A DNA stretch of 24,275 nucleotides from an uncultured Dehalococcoidales bacterium (GTDB lineage: Bacteria; Chloroflexota; Dehalococcoidia; Dehalococcoidales; W111): positions 1 to 24,275 of the forward strand of contig CAYUBP010000002.1 in NCBI GenBank assembly GCA_964443115.1, written 5' to 3'. Below are positions 7,510-15,199 of the stretch, one piece after another. The translations under genes were made by a program, and so were the position numbers. The notes beneath the pieces were generated by a model, which saw only the letters and a list, made by a program, of their open reading frames with translations, was not told the DNA's origin and did no database searches. Numbering within the stretch: the stretch's first letter is position 1; the number at the start of each line of letters is the position of its first letter.

Positions 7510-8751
7510 CTACGGGGTAACGGTCAGAATCTTCCGCACCTGCTCCGGGTATGTGGCGATAAGGCGCAGCTCGTCGTCGGTGAGCGGAATCTGGGTATGG
7601 GCATTGGAGTAGCGCACCAGTTCCAGAACGCGCCCCGCCGTCTCATCATCGGGGAAGTTAATACCCAGCTTACCGTAGACATGTTTAAAGCCTGCCAGCC
7701 CTCCGTACTCGCCGGTGGTGATGATACGCCGTGACGGTACTTCCTCTTCAAAAGCGTTGTCCGCCAGCTGGCAGGTGCCCAGCAGCTCGCAGTCGTAGAG
7801 TTCGTAGTTGTAGCGGTCCTTGAGGGTGCCGTCGGCGTGGATGCCAGCTTCATGGGCGAAGGCGTTGGCGCCGACGCCCGGCTGGTTGATGGGAATGGGC
7901 ACGCCGAAAGCGTAGGCGGCGTACTTTGCCAGCTTGTAGGCAACGGTGAGGTCAAGCGGGTCCCCAATCTCGTAGTCCTCCATGCCCCGGGCAAACTTAA
8001 TCGCCAGGATACAGCTCAGCAGGTCTGCCTGCCCTGCCCGCTCGCCAAGCCCGTTTACTGATGTATTGATATAGGCGTCAACCCCGCCGTCAATTGCCCC
8101 CCGGGCGCCGGCAACCGAGTTGGCGACCGCCATCCCCAGGTCGTTATGGCAGTGCTGCTCAACGGGAATCCGGGCTCTCTCTGCTATAGTCCTGACCCGC
8201 TCGTAGATGCTCATCGGGGTATCATAGCCCAAGGTATCGCAGTACCGCAGGCGGTCAGCGCCAGCCTCTTTAGCCGCCTGGGCAAACTCAATCAGGTAGC
8301 CAAGGTCGGTGCGGGAGGCATCCTCGGCATTCACCCCTATGGTGCGGGCGCCCCCTTCCCTGGCGTAGCCTACCGCCGCTGCCATCTGCTTGATTACCCC
8401 TTCTCTCCCCATCTTATTGAGGAACTTCTTGGTTATCATCTGGTCTGAGGTAGACATTGAGAGGTTAAAGTCCCGCACTCCGGTAGGCAGCGCCCCCCTA
8501 ACATCGCCGACGATTGCCCGGCACCAGCCCTCCAGAACAAGCGAGCCCATCGCCCCCAGCTCCTTCAGCTCCAGGTTAGCCTTAATATAGTTACGCTCGT
8601 GCCGGGTAAAGGGAAAGGCAAATTCTGACTGGTGGACACCCATCTCCCCGAGGTATATGTTCACCATCGTCTTTTGCAGCTTCGCCAGCTTGATACGGGA
8701 TGCCTGAACGGTATCCCGGTTGGTAACATCAATAAAGTAAATTTTTGGCAT
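7510..8751 (-). CDS. LeuA/homocitrate synthase family enzyme, most like Re-citrate synthase
   Basis: IDVTNRD, NAEDASRT, RYCDTLG, HCHNDLGMA, GLGERAG and GIHADG motifs. No LeuA C-terminal regulatory domain. ATG 8751 has a GGGAG SD. Confidence 0.8.
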   Translation of the reverse strand: MPKIYFIDVTNRDTVQASRIKLAKLQKTMVNIYLGEMGVHQSEFAFPFTRHERNYIKANLELKELGAMGSLVLEGWCRAIVGDVRGALPTGVRDFNLSMSTSDQMITKKFLNKMGREGVIKQMAAAVGYAREGGARTIGVNAEDASRTDLGYLIEFAQAAKEAGADRLRYCDTLGYDTPMSIYERVRTIAERARIPVEQHCHNDLGMAVANSVAGARGAIDGGVDAYINTSVNGLGERAGQADLLSCILAIKFARGMEDYEIGDPLDLTVAYKLAKYAAYAFGVPIPINQPGVGANAFAHEAGIHADGTLKDRYNYELYDCELLGTCQLADNAFEEEVPSRRIITTGEYGGLAGFKHVYGKLGINFPDDETAGRVLELVRYSNAHTQIPLTDDELRLIATYPEQVRKILTVTP

Positions 8752-8820
8752 GTGGTGCACTCCCTGCTAACAATAAAATAATAACAATAATCCGTTGCTT
8801 GTAGCAAATCCGAGGAGAGG

Positions 8821-9501
8821 CTAGCGGTGGTGACGGTCAAAGAGGAGACGGGCGAGGAGGATACCGCCCACGCCGGCGCCCGGCGTGAGGTCTTCCCTGA
8901 GCTCCCGGGTCAGTCTTCTCACCGCTATCATGACGAACAGGACGAGGCATGCCAGCGTTATCTCGGCGGGTTGACCCAGCCCCCAGCTGGCTACGGGCAG
9001 CACGGCAAAGCCGATAATCATACCCAGAGGGAGACTGGCGCTCTTGGGACCGCCCAGCTTGAGGCGCTCATCAACTGAGCGGGTGGAGTCCAGCAAGCGG
9101 GGCAGAGTGCGGACAGCCGCCCCGATGACAACGGGTATGAGAGCAAAAAGGGTTGCCCAGGTAGTCAGGGTAATAGCCATACCCAGCCCGGTGCTGTTTC
9201 CCCGTTCCCCGTCAAAGCGGAGAAAAACGGGCCACATCTGGCCGGCGACCGCCGCCAGCCCGGCGAGGGCAACCACATACTCATCAAAACCCAGCCACCT
9301 GCCCACCAGCACCGGTATCATCCCCTTGGCAAAGTCAGTCAGTATTCCCAGCATGCCGGCAAACACCCCCGCCTTCCGCCACAGGGTAATGTGAAGGTCG
9401 TCTTCCACGCTGATGCGCCATAGCTTCGCCAGGCCATACAGGTGTGGCGCCGAGCCCAGTAAATAAGAGCCAAGAACCAGTGCGATATTAGCCAGCAACA
9501 T
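8821..9501 (-). CDS. plsY: Divergent PlsY-family (glycerol-3-phosphate acyltransferase-like) membrane protein
   Basis: YLLGS, D.AKG, and PVF..F.G..G motifs with several TM segments. Canonical catalytic motifs are degenerate (see findings). Likely start is ATG 9501. Confidence 0.65.
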   Translation of the reverse strand: MLLANIALVLGSYLLGSAPHLYGLAKLWRISVEDDLHITLWRKAGVFAGMLGILTDFAKGMIPVLVGRWLGFDEYVVALAGLAAVAGQMWPVFLRFDGERGNSTGLGMAITLTTWATLFALIPVVIGAAVRTLPRLLDSTRSVDERLKLGGPKSASLPLGMIIGFAVLPVASWGLGQPAEITLACLVLFVMIAVRRLTRELREDLTPGAGVGGILLARLLFDRHHR

Positions 9502-9566
9502 AGAGCTTTTTCTCTGGTTAAGAACTTGATTAATAACTAATATAGTAAAACACAGGCGGCACCCGT

Positions 9567-9603
9567 TTGACAAGTTATATCTTATGTTGTTATATGCTAC
9601 AAT
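9567..9603 (+). promoter_or_regulatory. Promoter(s) of argC
   Basis: TTGACA at 9567-9572 with TGnTATATG 18 bp downstream. A second extended -10, TGCTACAAT, at 9595-9603. Confidence 0.5.
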
Positions 9604-9621
9604 TATTCAAGTATTCAAATT

Positions 9622-9654
9622 GGCGGGCTCCGGCTAATGGTTGCCGGGTCTGCC
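9622..9654 (+). other. Stable hairpin in the argC 5' leader
   Basis: GGCGGGC-t-CCGGC pairs with GCCGGGTCTGCC: 12 bp including two G-U pairs, one bulge, and an 8-nt loop. Confidence 0.45.
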
Positions 9655-9687
9655 TCCAATGAGGAATAATACTGAGAGGTGGTCCCG

Positions 9688-10719
9688 ATGGGCAAAATCA
9701 GGGTTGGTATTATCAATGTCACCGGCTACGCCGGCTCCGAACTGGCAAGGCTGCTGGCGGTGCACGCGGAGGTGGAGCTTGCCTCGGTCACCGGGCGCAG
9801 CGCGGTGGGGCAGAGACTGGACACCGTCTTCCCCCACCTTGCAGGGCTTAATTTGATTATCAATAGCGAGCTTGGAGACGTTGACTTCGCTTTCTCGGCA
9901 ATGCCCCACATGGAGAGCGCCCGGCAGGTCATACCCCTGGTTGAGCGCGGCATCGGGATAGTTGACATCAGCGCTGATTTCAGGCTTAAGAATGCGGCTG
10001 ATTACCAGGAATGGTATGACTTTGAGCACCCCGCCCCGCAACTGCTGGAGAACGCGGTCTATGGCCTGCCCGAGCTATACCGCTCCCGCATTGCCGGGGC
10101 GAAGCTGGTGGCTAACCCCGGCTGCTACCCGACCGGAGCTATCCTGGCACTGGCGCCAGCGGTCGGGGAGGGTTTAATTGAGCCGGGCATTATTATTGAC
10201 AGCAAGTCCGGCGTATCCGGAGCCGGCAGGACCCTGAGCCTCGGCACTCACTACTCCGAGGCTAACGAGGATGTCGCTGCCTATGCCCTGGGCGGACACC
10301 GGCACCTGCCGGAGATTGTCCAGGAGCTGACATTGCTCCGCACGGAGCCGCCGCCATCGGTCACTTTTGTCCCCCACCTGATACCGATGACCAGGGGGAT
10401 ACTGACGACCTGCTACGCCCAGCTAAGCTCCGGTAATACCCGCATGAAGGCGGAGAAAATAAGCCATCTCTACCGGGACTTCTACCGCGGTGAGCCGTTT
10501 GTTACCGTGGCTGAGGCACCGCCCCACACCAAGCATACCTGGGGGAGCAACCATTGCGTCATCTACCCCACAATTGACCGGCGGACGGGGAGGCTTATCA
10601 TCATCAGCTGCATTGATAACCTGGTCAAGGGGGCGGCGGGGCAGGCTATCCAGAACATGAACCTGATGCTTGGCTTCCCGGAGACTTCAGGGCTGCAGGC
10701 ACCGGCGGTCTATCCCTGA
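9688..10719 (+). CDS. argC: N-acetyl-gamma-glutamyl-phosphate reductase
   Basis: DISADFRL, catalytic NPGCYPT, SGVSGAGR and DNLVKGAAGQA motifs. ATG 9688 follows a GAGGTG SD. Confidence 0.97.
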   Translation: MGKIRVGIINVTGYAGSELARLLAVHAEVELASVTGRSAVGQRLDTVFPHLAGLNLIINSELGDVDFAFSAMPHMESARQVIPLVERGIGIVDISADFRLKNAADYQEWYDFEHPAPQLLENAVYGLPELYRSRIAGAKLVANPGCYPTGAILALAPAVGEGLIEPGIIIDSKSGVSGAGRTLSLGTHYSEANEDVAAYALGGHRHLPEIVQELTLLRTEPPPSVTFVPHLIPMTRGILTTCYAQLSSGNTRMKAEKISHLYRDFYRGEPFVTVAEAPPHTKHTWGSNHCVIYPTIDRRTGRLIIISCIDNLVKGAAGQAIQNMNLMLGFPETSGLQAPAVYP

Positions 10720-10736
10720 TTCAAGGGGACAGGTCT

Positions 10737-11066
10737 ATGAAAAGGCTTGAGTACACCCACCTGAAAACGGACGAGGACGTGCTCTGCATTGCCGGCTATT
10801 ATACGCCATCTAAAGAAGCCCGGCTGAAGTATAAAGACCGGGAGGTCTTGTACGTGCTGGGGCAGGCGGTAATGTCATCCTGCTGCGGCGCCGGCTGCTG
10901 GGAGTACGCCCTGGTGCCCGGCTACGTGGTCAGATGGCAGAGCAAGACCGGCGAGGCGGGGCTGCCCGTGTCCGATGTTGAACCGGTTGCGGATAAGGCA
11001 GCGCAGACGGATATCAGCCGCATCCTGAAAGAGACGGAGTCCGTCTCACAGGTTGATTTCTGGTAG
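10737..11066 (+). CDS. Hypothetical protein with SSCCG motif
   Basis: 109-aa ORF, 17 bp after argC, with SD-like GGGGACAGG. Contains SSCCGAGC. Confidence 0.75.
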   Translation: MKRLEYTHLKTDEDVLCIAGYYTPSKEARLKYKDREVLYVLGQAVMSSCCGAGCWEYALVPGYVVRWQSKTGEAGLPVSDVEPVADKAAQTDISRILKETESVSQVDFW

Positions 11067-11079
11067 GAACGGGATAGGC

Positions 11080-12351
11080 TTGGCAAATAATCGCCGCTTT
11101 GGCCCGGCAGATTACATCAAGGTCACTGTCTTCGGCTTTGCCCTGGCTGCGCTCTGGAACGGGCTGCACCGCATTATTCTCCCCCTGCGGTTGCAGGACT
11201 TTGTCGCCGAGACCGAGAAGAATACCTACCTGAGCTATCTTCTGGTCGCCGGTCTGGTGCTGGCGATGCTCGTCCAGCCCATAGCCGGGGAGATTAGCGA
11301 CCACTCCAGATTCCGCCGGGGGCGCCGGCGTCCCTTTGTTCTTATCGGCGTTATCGGCGCCATGCTGTTCCTGCCGGGTATAGGGCTGGCAGGCAGCTAT
11401 GCGGCTATCTTCGCCACCTACTGCCTGCTCCAGGTCAGCTCCAACATAGCCCAGGGCCCATACCAGGGCTTTATCCCCGACCTGGTGCCACCGGAGAACA
11501 GGGGGCTGGCTTCGGGGGTAAAGAGCCTGCTGGAGATACTGGGCGGTATTGCCCTGGTGCGGCTGGTGGCTATGTTCATGGACCACTACTCCAGCGGGGA
11601 GGGAGACTACTGGCTCTGGCTCAGCGTGGGCACGCTGGCTGCCGTCCTGCTGGGCACCGCAGTGGCGACCCTCGTCCTGGTCAAAGAGAAACCCTGGGCT
11701 GGCACCGCTCACCTGTCCTTTCCGTCAGCCCTGTACAGGAGCTTCCAGATTGATTTCAGGGTTGACCGTGATTTCGTCTGGTTTCTCGCTTCCCGTCTCC
11801 TTATCTTCATGGCGTTTGCTATCCTGCAGAAGTTTGCCCTTTACTTTATTCAGGACGTCATCGGAATCGCCAATCCGGCGGCGGCAGCCAGCGAGTTGCT
11901 CATCGCCATTGGTATCGGCATGTTGATTATAGTCTATCCCGCCGGGCAGCTATCAGACAGGATAGGCCGTAAGCCACTGGTCATGGCTTCGGGACTCCTC
12001 GGCGCCCTGGCAACGGGGCTGCTCTTCTTCAATCACAGCTACCAGGGCTTGATTTTATCGGGGGCGCTGCTCGGGCTGGCTAACGGGGCTTTCATGAGCA
12101 CTAACTGGGCTCTAGCCGTAGACCTGGCGGCGAAGGGCGAGGAGGCAAGATACCTGGGACTGACCAACATCGCCACCGCCGGGGGTAGCGCCCTGGCGCT
12201 GCTTATCATCGGGCCCGCAATTGATTTCTTTAATGCCCGCAGCTCGAACCTCGGCTACTCAGTCATGCTCGGAGCCTGTTTTGTCTGTTTTATTTCCGGT
12301 TCACTTCTGCTGCTCAGGATAAGAGGGCGGCGTCAGGCTCAACTCACATAG
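11080..12351 (+). CDS. MFS transporter (SLC45-like/MFS_1)
   Basis: About 12 hydrophobic segments, GEISDHSRFRRGRRRPF and GQLSDRIGRK MFS loop motifs. Likely TTG start at 11080 (track start 11053). Confidence 0.9.
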   Translation: MANNRRFGPADYIKVTVFGFALAALWNGLHRIILPLRLQDFVAETEKNTYLSYLLVAGLVLAMLVQPIAGEISDHSRFRRGRRRPFVLIGVIGAMLFLPGIGLAGSYAAIFATYCLLQVSSNIAQGPYQGFIPDLVPPENRGLASGVKSLLEILGGIALVRLVAMFMDHYSSGEGDYWLWLSVGTLAAVLLGTAVATLVLVKEKPWAGTAHLSFPSALYRSFQIDFRVDRDFVWFLASRLLIFMAFAILQKFALYFIQDVIGIANPAAAASELLIAIGIGMLIIVYPAGQLSDRIGRKPLVMASGLLGALATGLLFFNHSYQGLILSGALLGLANGAFMSTNWALAVDLAAKGEEARYLGLTNIATAGGSALALLIIGPAIDFFNARSSNLGYSVMLGACFVCFISGSLLLLRIRGRRQAQLT

Positions 12352-12929
12352 GGCAGCACCAGCTCCCAGCCCCAGACGCTGGCCAGCATCAGCAGTATGT
12401 ATTTCACACTCTTGCCCGTCCAGGTCAAGAGCAGGAACTTCCACATGGGGAAACGCAGGGCGCCGGCGACCACGCCGGCAACATCAAAGGGGAGTACAGG
12501 AGCGGCAGCGAAGATAAAGATGGTCCAGACGCCCCACCTCTTCATCCACCTCTCCACCCGCTCGTACGCCCTGCCCTGCGGCACCGCTTTCCGCCCACTA
12601 TAGCCGACCATGTAGCCGGTCATCTCGCCAAGCGTCCCCCCGGCGGCGCCGACCAGCCCGAGCAACACCGGGTTCAGGGTAGCCACGTAGGGGAAGATTA
12701 CCAGTATGCCGGGCACCGGCAGAATCACCGTGGCGTTGCTGAGCAGGCTGACAACAAAGACACCGAGGTAGCGGTAGTTGCCGAACTGCTCTACCTTCTC
12801 CTGGTCTATCAGGAAGAACAGCCCCACGGAGACGGCGGTGACCGCCAGCAATATTACCAGTGGCACGAGCCTGCTTCTTAGCTGGCTTCCCTTCTGCTCA
12901 CCCTGACTGCTGGCGCTGGCCGTATCCAT
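12339..12929 (-). CDS. VTT domain (DedA/TVP38) membrane protein
   Basis: LPVPG, GGTLGE.TGY.VG and P.LPFDVAG..AG motifs. Convergent 13-bp overlap with the MFS gene. Confidence 0.85.
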   Translation of the reverse strand: MDTASASSQGEQKGSQLRSRLVPLVILLAVTAVSVGLFFLIDQEKVEQFGNYRYLGVFVVSLLSNATVILPVPGILVIFPYVATLNPVLLGLVGAAGGTLGEMTGYMVGYSGRKAVPQGRAYERVERWMKRWGVWTIFIFAAAPVLPFDVAGVVAGALRFPMWKFLLLTWTGKSVKYILLMLASVWGWELVLPYVS

Positions 12930-12973
12930 CTATAGCATTTTAGCACATTCCGGGGCAGAGGTATCCGGCGGCG

Positions 12974-13003
12974 TTGTCTATCAGCCGGATGTCATGCTAT
13001 ACT
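12974..13003 (+). promoter_or_regulatory. tRNA-Glu promoter
   Basis: TTGTCT (12974-12979), 18-bp spacer, extended -10 TGCTATACT ending at 13003, 10 nt before the tRNA. Confidence 0.55.
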
Positions 13004-13013
13004 TTGTCAGTGT

Positions 13014-13086
13014 GCCCCCATCGTCTAGTGGACTAGGACACTGGCCTTTCAAGCCGGCAACAGCGATTCGAATTCGCTTGGGGGCG
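13014..13086 (+). tRNA. tRNA-Glu (anticodon TTC), CCA not encoded
   Basis: Cloverleaf: acceptor GCCCCCA/TGGGGGC, D stem GTCT/GGAC, anticodon stem CTGGC/GCCGG with loop CT-TTC-AA, T arm AGCGA-TTCGAAT-TCGCT, discriminator G. Confidence 0.96.
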
Positions 13087-13108
13087 CTTACTATATTTTA
13101 AAGCGCCC
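13082..13108. terminator. Hairpin between the convergent tRNA and hydrolase genes
   Basis: Perfect 8-bp inverted repeat GGGCGCTT/AAGCGCCC around an 11-nt AT-rich loop. No clear U-tract. Confidence 0.4.
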
Positions 13109-13135
13109 GGCTCAGCCTCTTATAGCAAAAACCGC

Positions 13136-14095
13136 CTACTGCTTGGTGATGGTCAGGACAATGATAGCCACCGCCAGCAAGGCAGCTGACTCGGCGAACT
13201 TTCCTGATTTGTGCGAGGCGAGAAGAGCGCACAGCGTTTCAATACGTCCGGCTGACACCTCAGCCAGGACGGGCGCCGGCTCTGCGGGTACTTCAGCGAC
13301 AGCCGGCTGCCCCTGCCCCAGGAACTTGAACAGCGTCTGCGAGAACTCGTGCCGGCTCTGCCGGTAGACGCTGTGACCGCAGTCTTCAAACACCTGCAGC
13401 CTGCAATCCGGGATGAGGCGGGCGGCTTTATAGGCAGCGCTGACAGGCACTATGTTGTCCTTTGCCCCCCAGACCAGCAGTGTGGGCATCTTAAGGTCAT
13501 AGAGAGAGGCTGATAAATGTGGCTGCCGCCTGAGTGATGCGATGTACCTTCCCATGTCAATCTTAACGGGAGGCAGGGGGTTAATAAAAATTGAGGCAAA
13601 GACCCGTTTTACCACCCAGCCGAGTGCCCTCATCAGGACATGGAGAGACCGGCTGAGCGGCTTGGCCAGCGCCGGCAAAGACACCAGCCTCACCCATAGC
13701 CCAACCTTGGCTCCCAGACCCAAGCTGCTGACAAGAACCAACTTCTCCACCTTTTCCGGGTGCTTTAAGGCGTAGTTCAGGGCGATGCTGCCCCCGATAG
13801 AGTGCCCTACAAGATAGAACCGCTCCAGCCCCAGGCTTTCCACAAAGCCGCCCACGAACTCAACATACTGGGAAAGGTGGAACTGGTCACTAATCGGCTG
13901 GCTGTCGCCATAGCCGGGGAGGTCAGGCAGGTACACGCGGTAATGCCGGGCAAGACCGGCGGCACTATCAAGCCACACGCTGGCTCCTTCGCCGCCGCCA
14001 TGGATGATAACCAGAGGTCTTCCGCCACCACCCACAAAGTAACTGGCATTATACCTGCCCACCCTTATTTCCTGGTGGGACATACTATTCGGCAT
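13136..14095 (-). CDS. Alpha/beta fold hydrolase with C-terminal extension
   Basis: HGGG oxyanion motif, DLPGYG, nucleophile elbow GHSIGG, WGAKD acid and CGH His. Start is ATG 14095 or 14083. Confidence 0.88.
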   Translation of the reverse strand: MPNSMSHQEIRVGRYNASYFVGGGGRPLVIIHGGGEGASVWLDSAAGLARHYRVYLPDLPGYGDSQPISDQFHLSQYVEFVGGFVESLGLERFYLVGHSIGGSIALNYALKHPEKVEKLVLVSSLGLGAKVGLWVRLVSLPALAKPLSRSLHVLMRALGWVVKRVFASIFINPLPPVKIDMGRYIASLRRQPHLSASLYDLKMPTLLVWGAKDNIVPVSAAYKAARLIPDCRLQVFEDCGHSVYRQSRHEFSQTLFKFLGQGQPAVAEVPAEPAPVLAEVSAGRIETLCALLASHKSGKFAESAALLAVAIIVLTITKQ

Positions 14096-14108
14096 ATCTA
14101 CTGCAATT

Positions 14109-14138
14109 ATTATACAGCAAAACGCACATACTATTCAA
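14109..14138 (-). promoter_or_regulatory. Promoter of the hydrolase gene
   Basis: Minus strand TTGAAT (14138-14133), 18-bp spacer, TATAAT (14114-14109). Confidence 0.5.
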
Positions 14139-14165
14139 AAATTCAGCGCGCTGGGTTCTGCTCAT

Positions 14166-14260
14166 TCTTGGTTGTTAGGACATGTCATTGCGAGGAGCGT
14201 AGCGACGAAGCAATCTGATACAAAGAGATTGCTTCGCTCCGCTCGCAATGACAACCAAGA
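14166..14260. repeat. REP/RPE-like long palindromic element, family B copy 2
   Basis: Nested inverted repeats TCTTGGTTGT/ACAACCAAGA, TGTCATTGCGAG/CTCGCAATGACA and CGAAGCAATCT/AGATTGCTTCG. Confidence 0.75.
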
Positions 14261-14292
14261 TTGCGTAAAAGGGCACGCTGGGCTTGGTGTTT

Positions 14293-14321
14293 TTGACATT
14301 GGAGGGTAAAAGTTGTATTAT
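14293..14321 (+). promoter_or_regulatory. Near-consensus sigma70 promoter upstream of mocA
   Basis: TTGACA (14293-14298), 17-bp spacer, TATTAT (14316-14321). Confidence 0.7.
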
Positions 14322-14552
14322 TAGTCTCCCTGAGAGGGGAGGCAAGCCAGGCACGCATATCCGAGACGCTATGCGGGGCAGAGGCGGGGATACCGGCAGT
14401 ATGACCGGGCGGACAGAAGCCGAATAGAAGCCGGGCAGGTATTGCAGTAGTAGCGGGCGGGACATCAGAGCCGGGGCAAAACCGAGCAGGATGAGGGGCA
14501 GGGTCAGCCGGAGTTCCCTCCGGTGGGGAGCCCCGGAGCAGGAGATGATGGG

Positions 14553-15164
14553 ATGAAAGGCAGGGTCCCCTGGATATCAGTAGTACTTCTTGCCGCCGGC
14601 GAATCAAAGCGTATGGGACAGCCCAAGCAGCTAATGCAGCTGGGGAAGACTACTATCCTGGAGCAGTCCATCAGCAATTTCCTCGCCTCCGAGGCAAAGC
14701 AGGTTATCGTGGTGCTGGGACACCGGGCTGAAGATATGGTTGGGCTAGCCAGGGACAAACCGGTTACGATAGTGGTTAACCCAGCCTACCGCCAGGGGAT
14801 GGGCACATCCATAGCCGCCGGGACAGGTTTAATCAGTGATAAAGCGCAGGGGATTATGCTGGCTCTCTGTGAGCAGCCGTTTATCGACCCCGGGACCATC
14901 AATCAGTTGATAGCGACATTTGGCGCCCAGAACAAGGGCATTGTCATCCCGTGCTACGGCAGCCTCCGCGGTCACCCGGTTATCTTCGCCACCAGGTATA
15001 AAGATGAGCTATCAGGACTAACGGGTGACACCGGCGGCAGGCAGATAATCGCCCGCCACCCCGAAGATGTCCTTGAAGTCGCCGTTGCCTGCGAGGGTGT
15101 CATTACTGACATTGATACTCCTGACAGCTATAATCTGGCGCTTGGCAAAATACGCAACAGGTAA
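14553..15164 (+). CDS. mocA: Molybdenum cofactor cytidylyltransferase-like nucleotidyltransferase
   Basis: LLAAGESKRMGQPKQL, NP.Y..GM.TSI, RGHPVIF, GDTGGR and DIDTPD motifs. Directly upstream of the xanthine-oxidase-family cluster. Confidence 0.82.
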   Translation: MKGRVPWISVVLLAAGESKRMGQPKQLMQLGKTTILEQSISNFLASEAKQVIVVLGHRAEDMVGLARDKPVTIVVNPAYRQGMGTSIAAGTGLISDKAQGIMLALCEQPFIDPGTINQLIATFGAQNKGIVIPCYGSLRGHPVIFATRYKDELSGLTGDTGGRQIIARHPEDVLEVAVACEGVITDIDTPDSYNLALGKIRNR

Positions 15165-15199
15165 ACAGGTAAGTTGAAAATTGGGCGAATTTCCCCCAA

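Noticed and set aside
9590-9620. ArgR (ARG) box upstream of argC
   Set aside because: Only one half-site-like ATTATTCA matches and the other half is poor, so support is insufficient.
14340-14400. Canonical Moco riboswitch or other known riboswitch upstream of mocA
   Set aside because: Only fragments (TCCGAG, TATGCGG) resemble the motif. The CCUAA/UAUGG receptor, GAAA tetraloop and GCCUCC elements were not found. No TPP, SAM, cobalamin, T-box, SRP or RNase P signature was seen.
14175-14758. ORFs 14175-14465, 14185-14607, 14504-14758 and 13802-14218
   Set aside because: They are translations of the palindromic element, the G-rich leader or the antisense strands of real genes.
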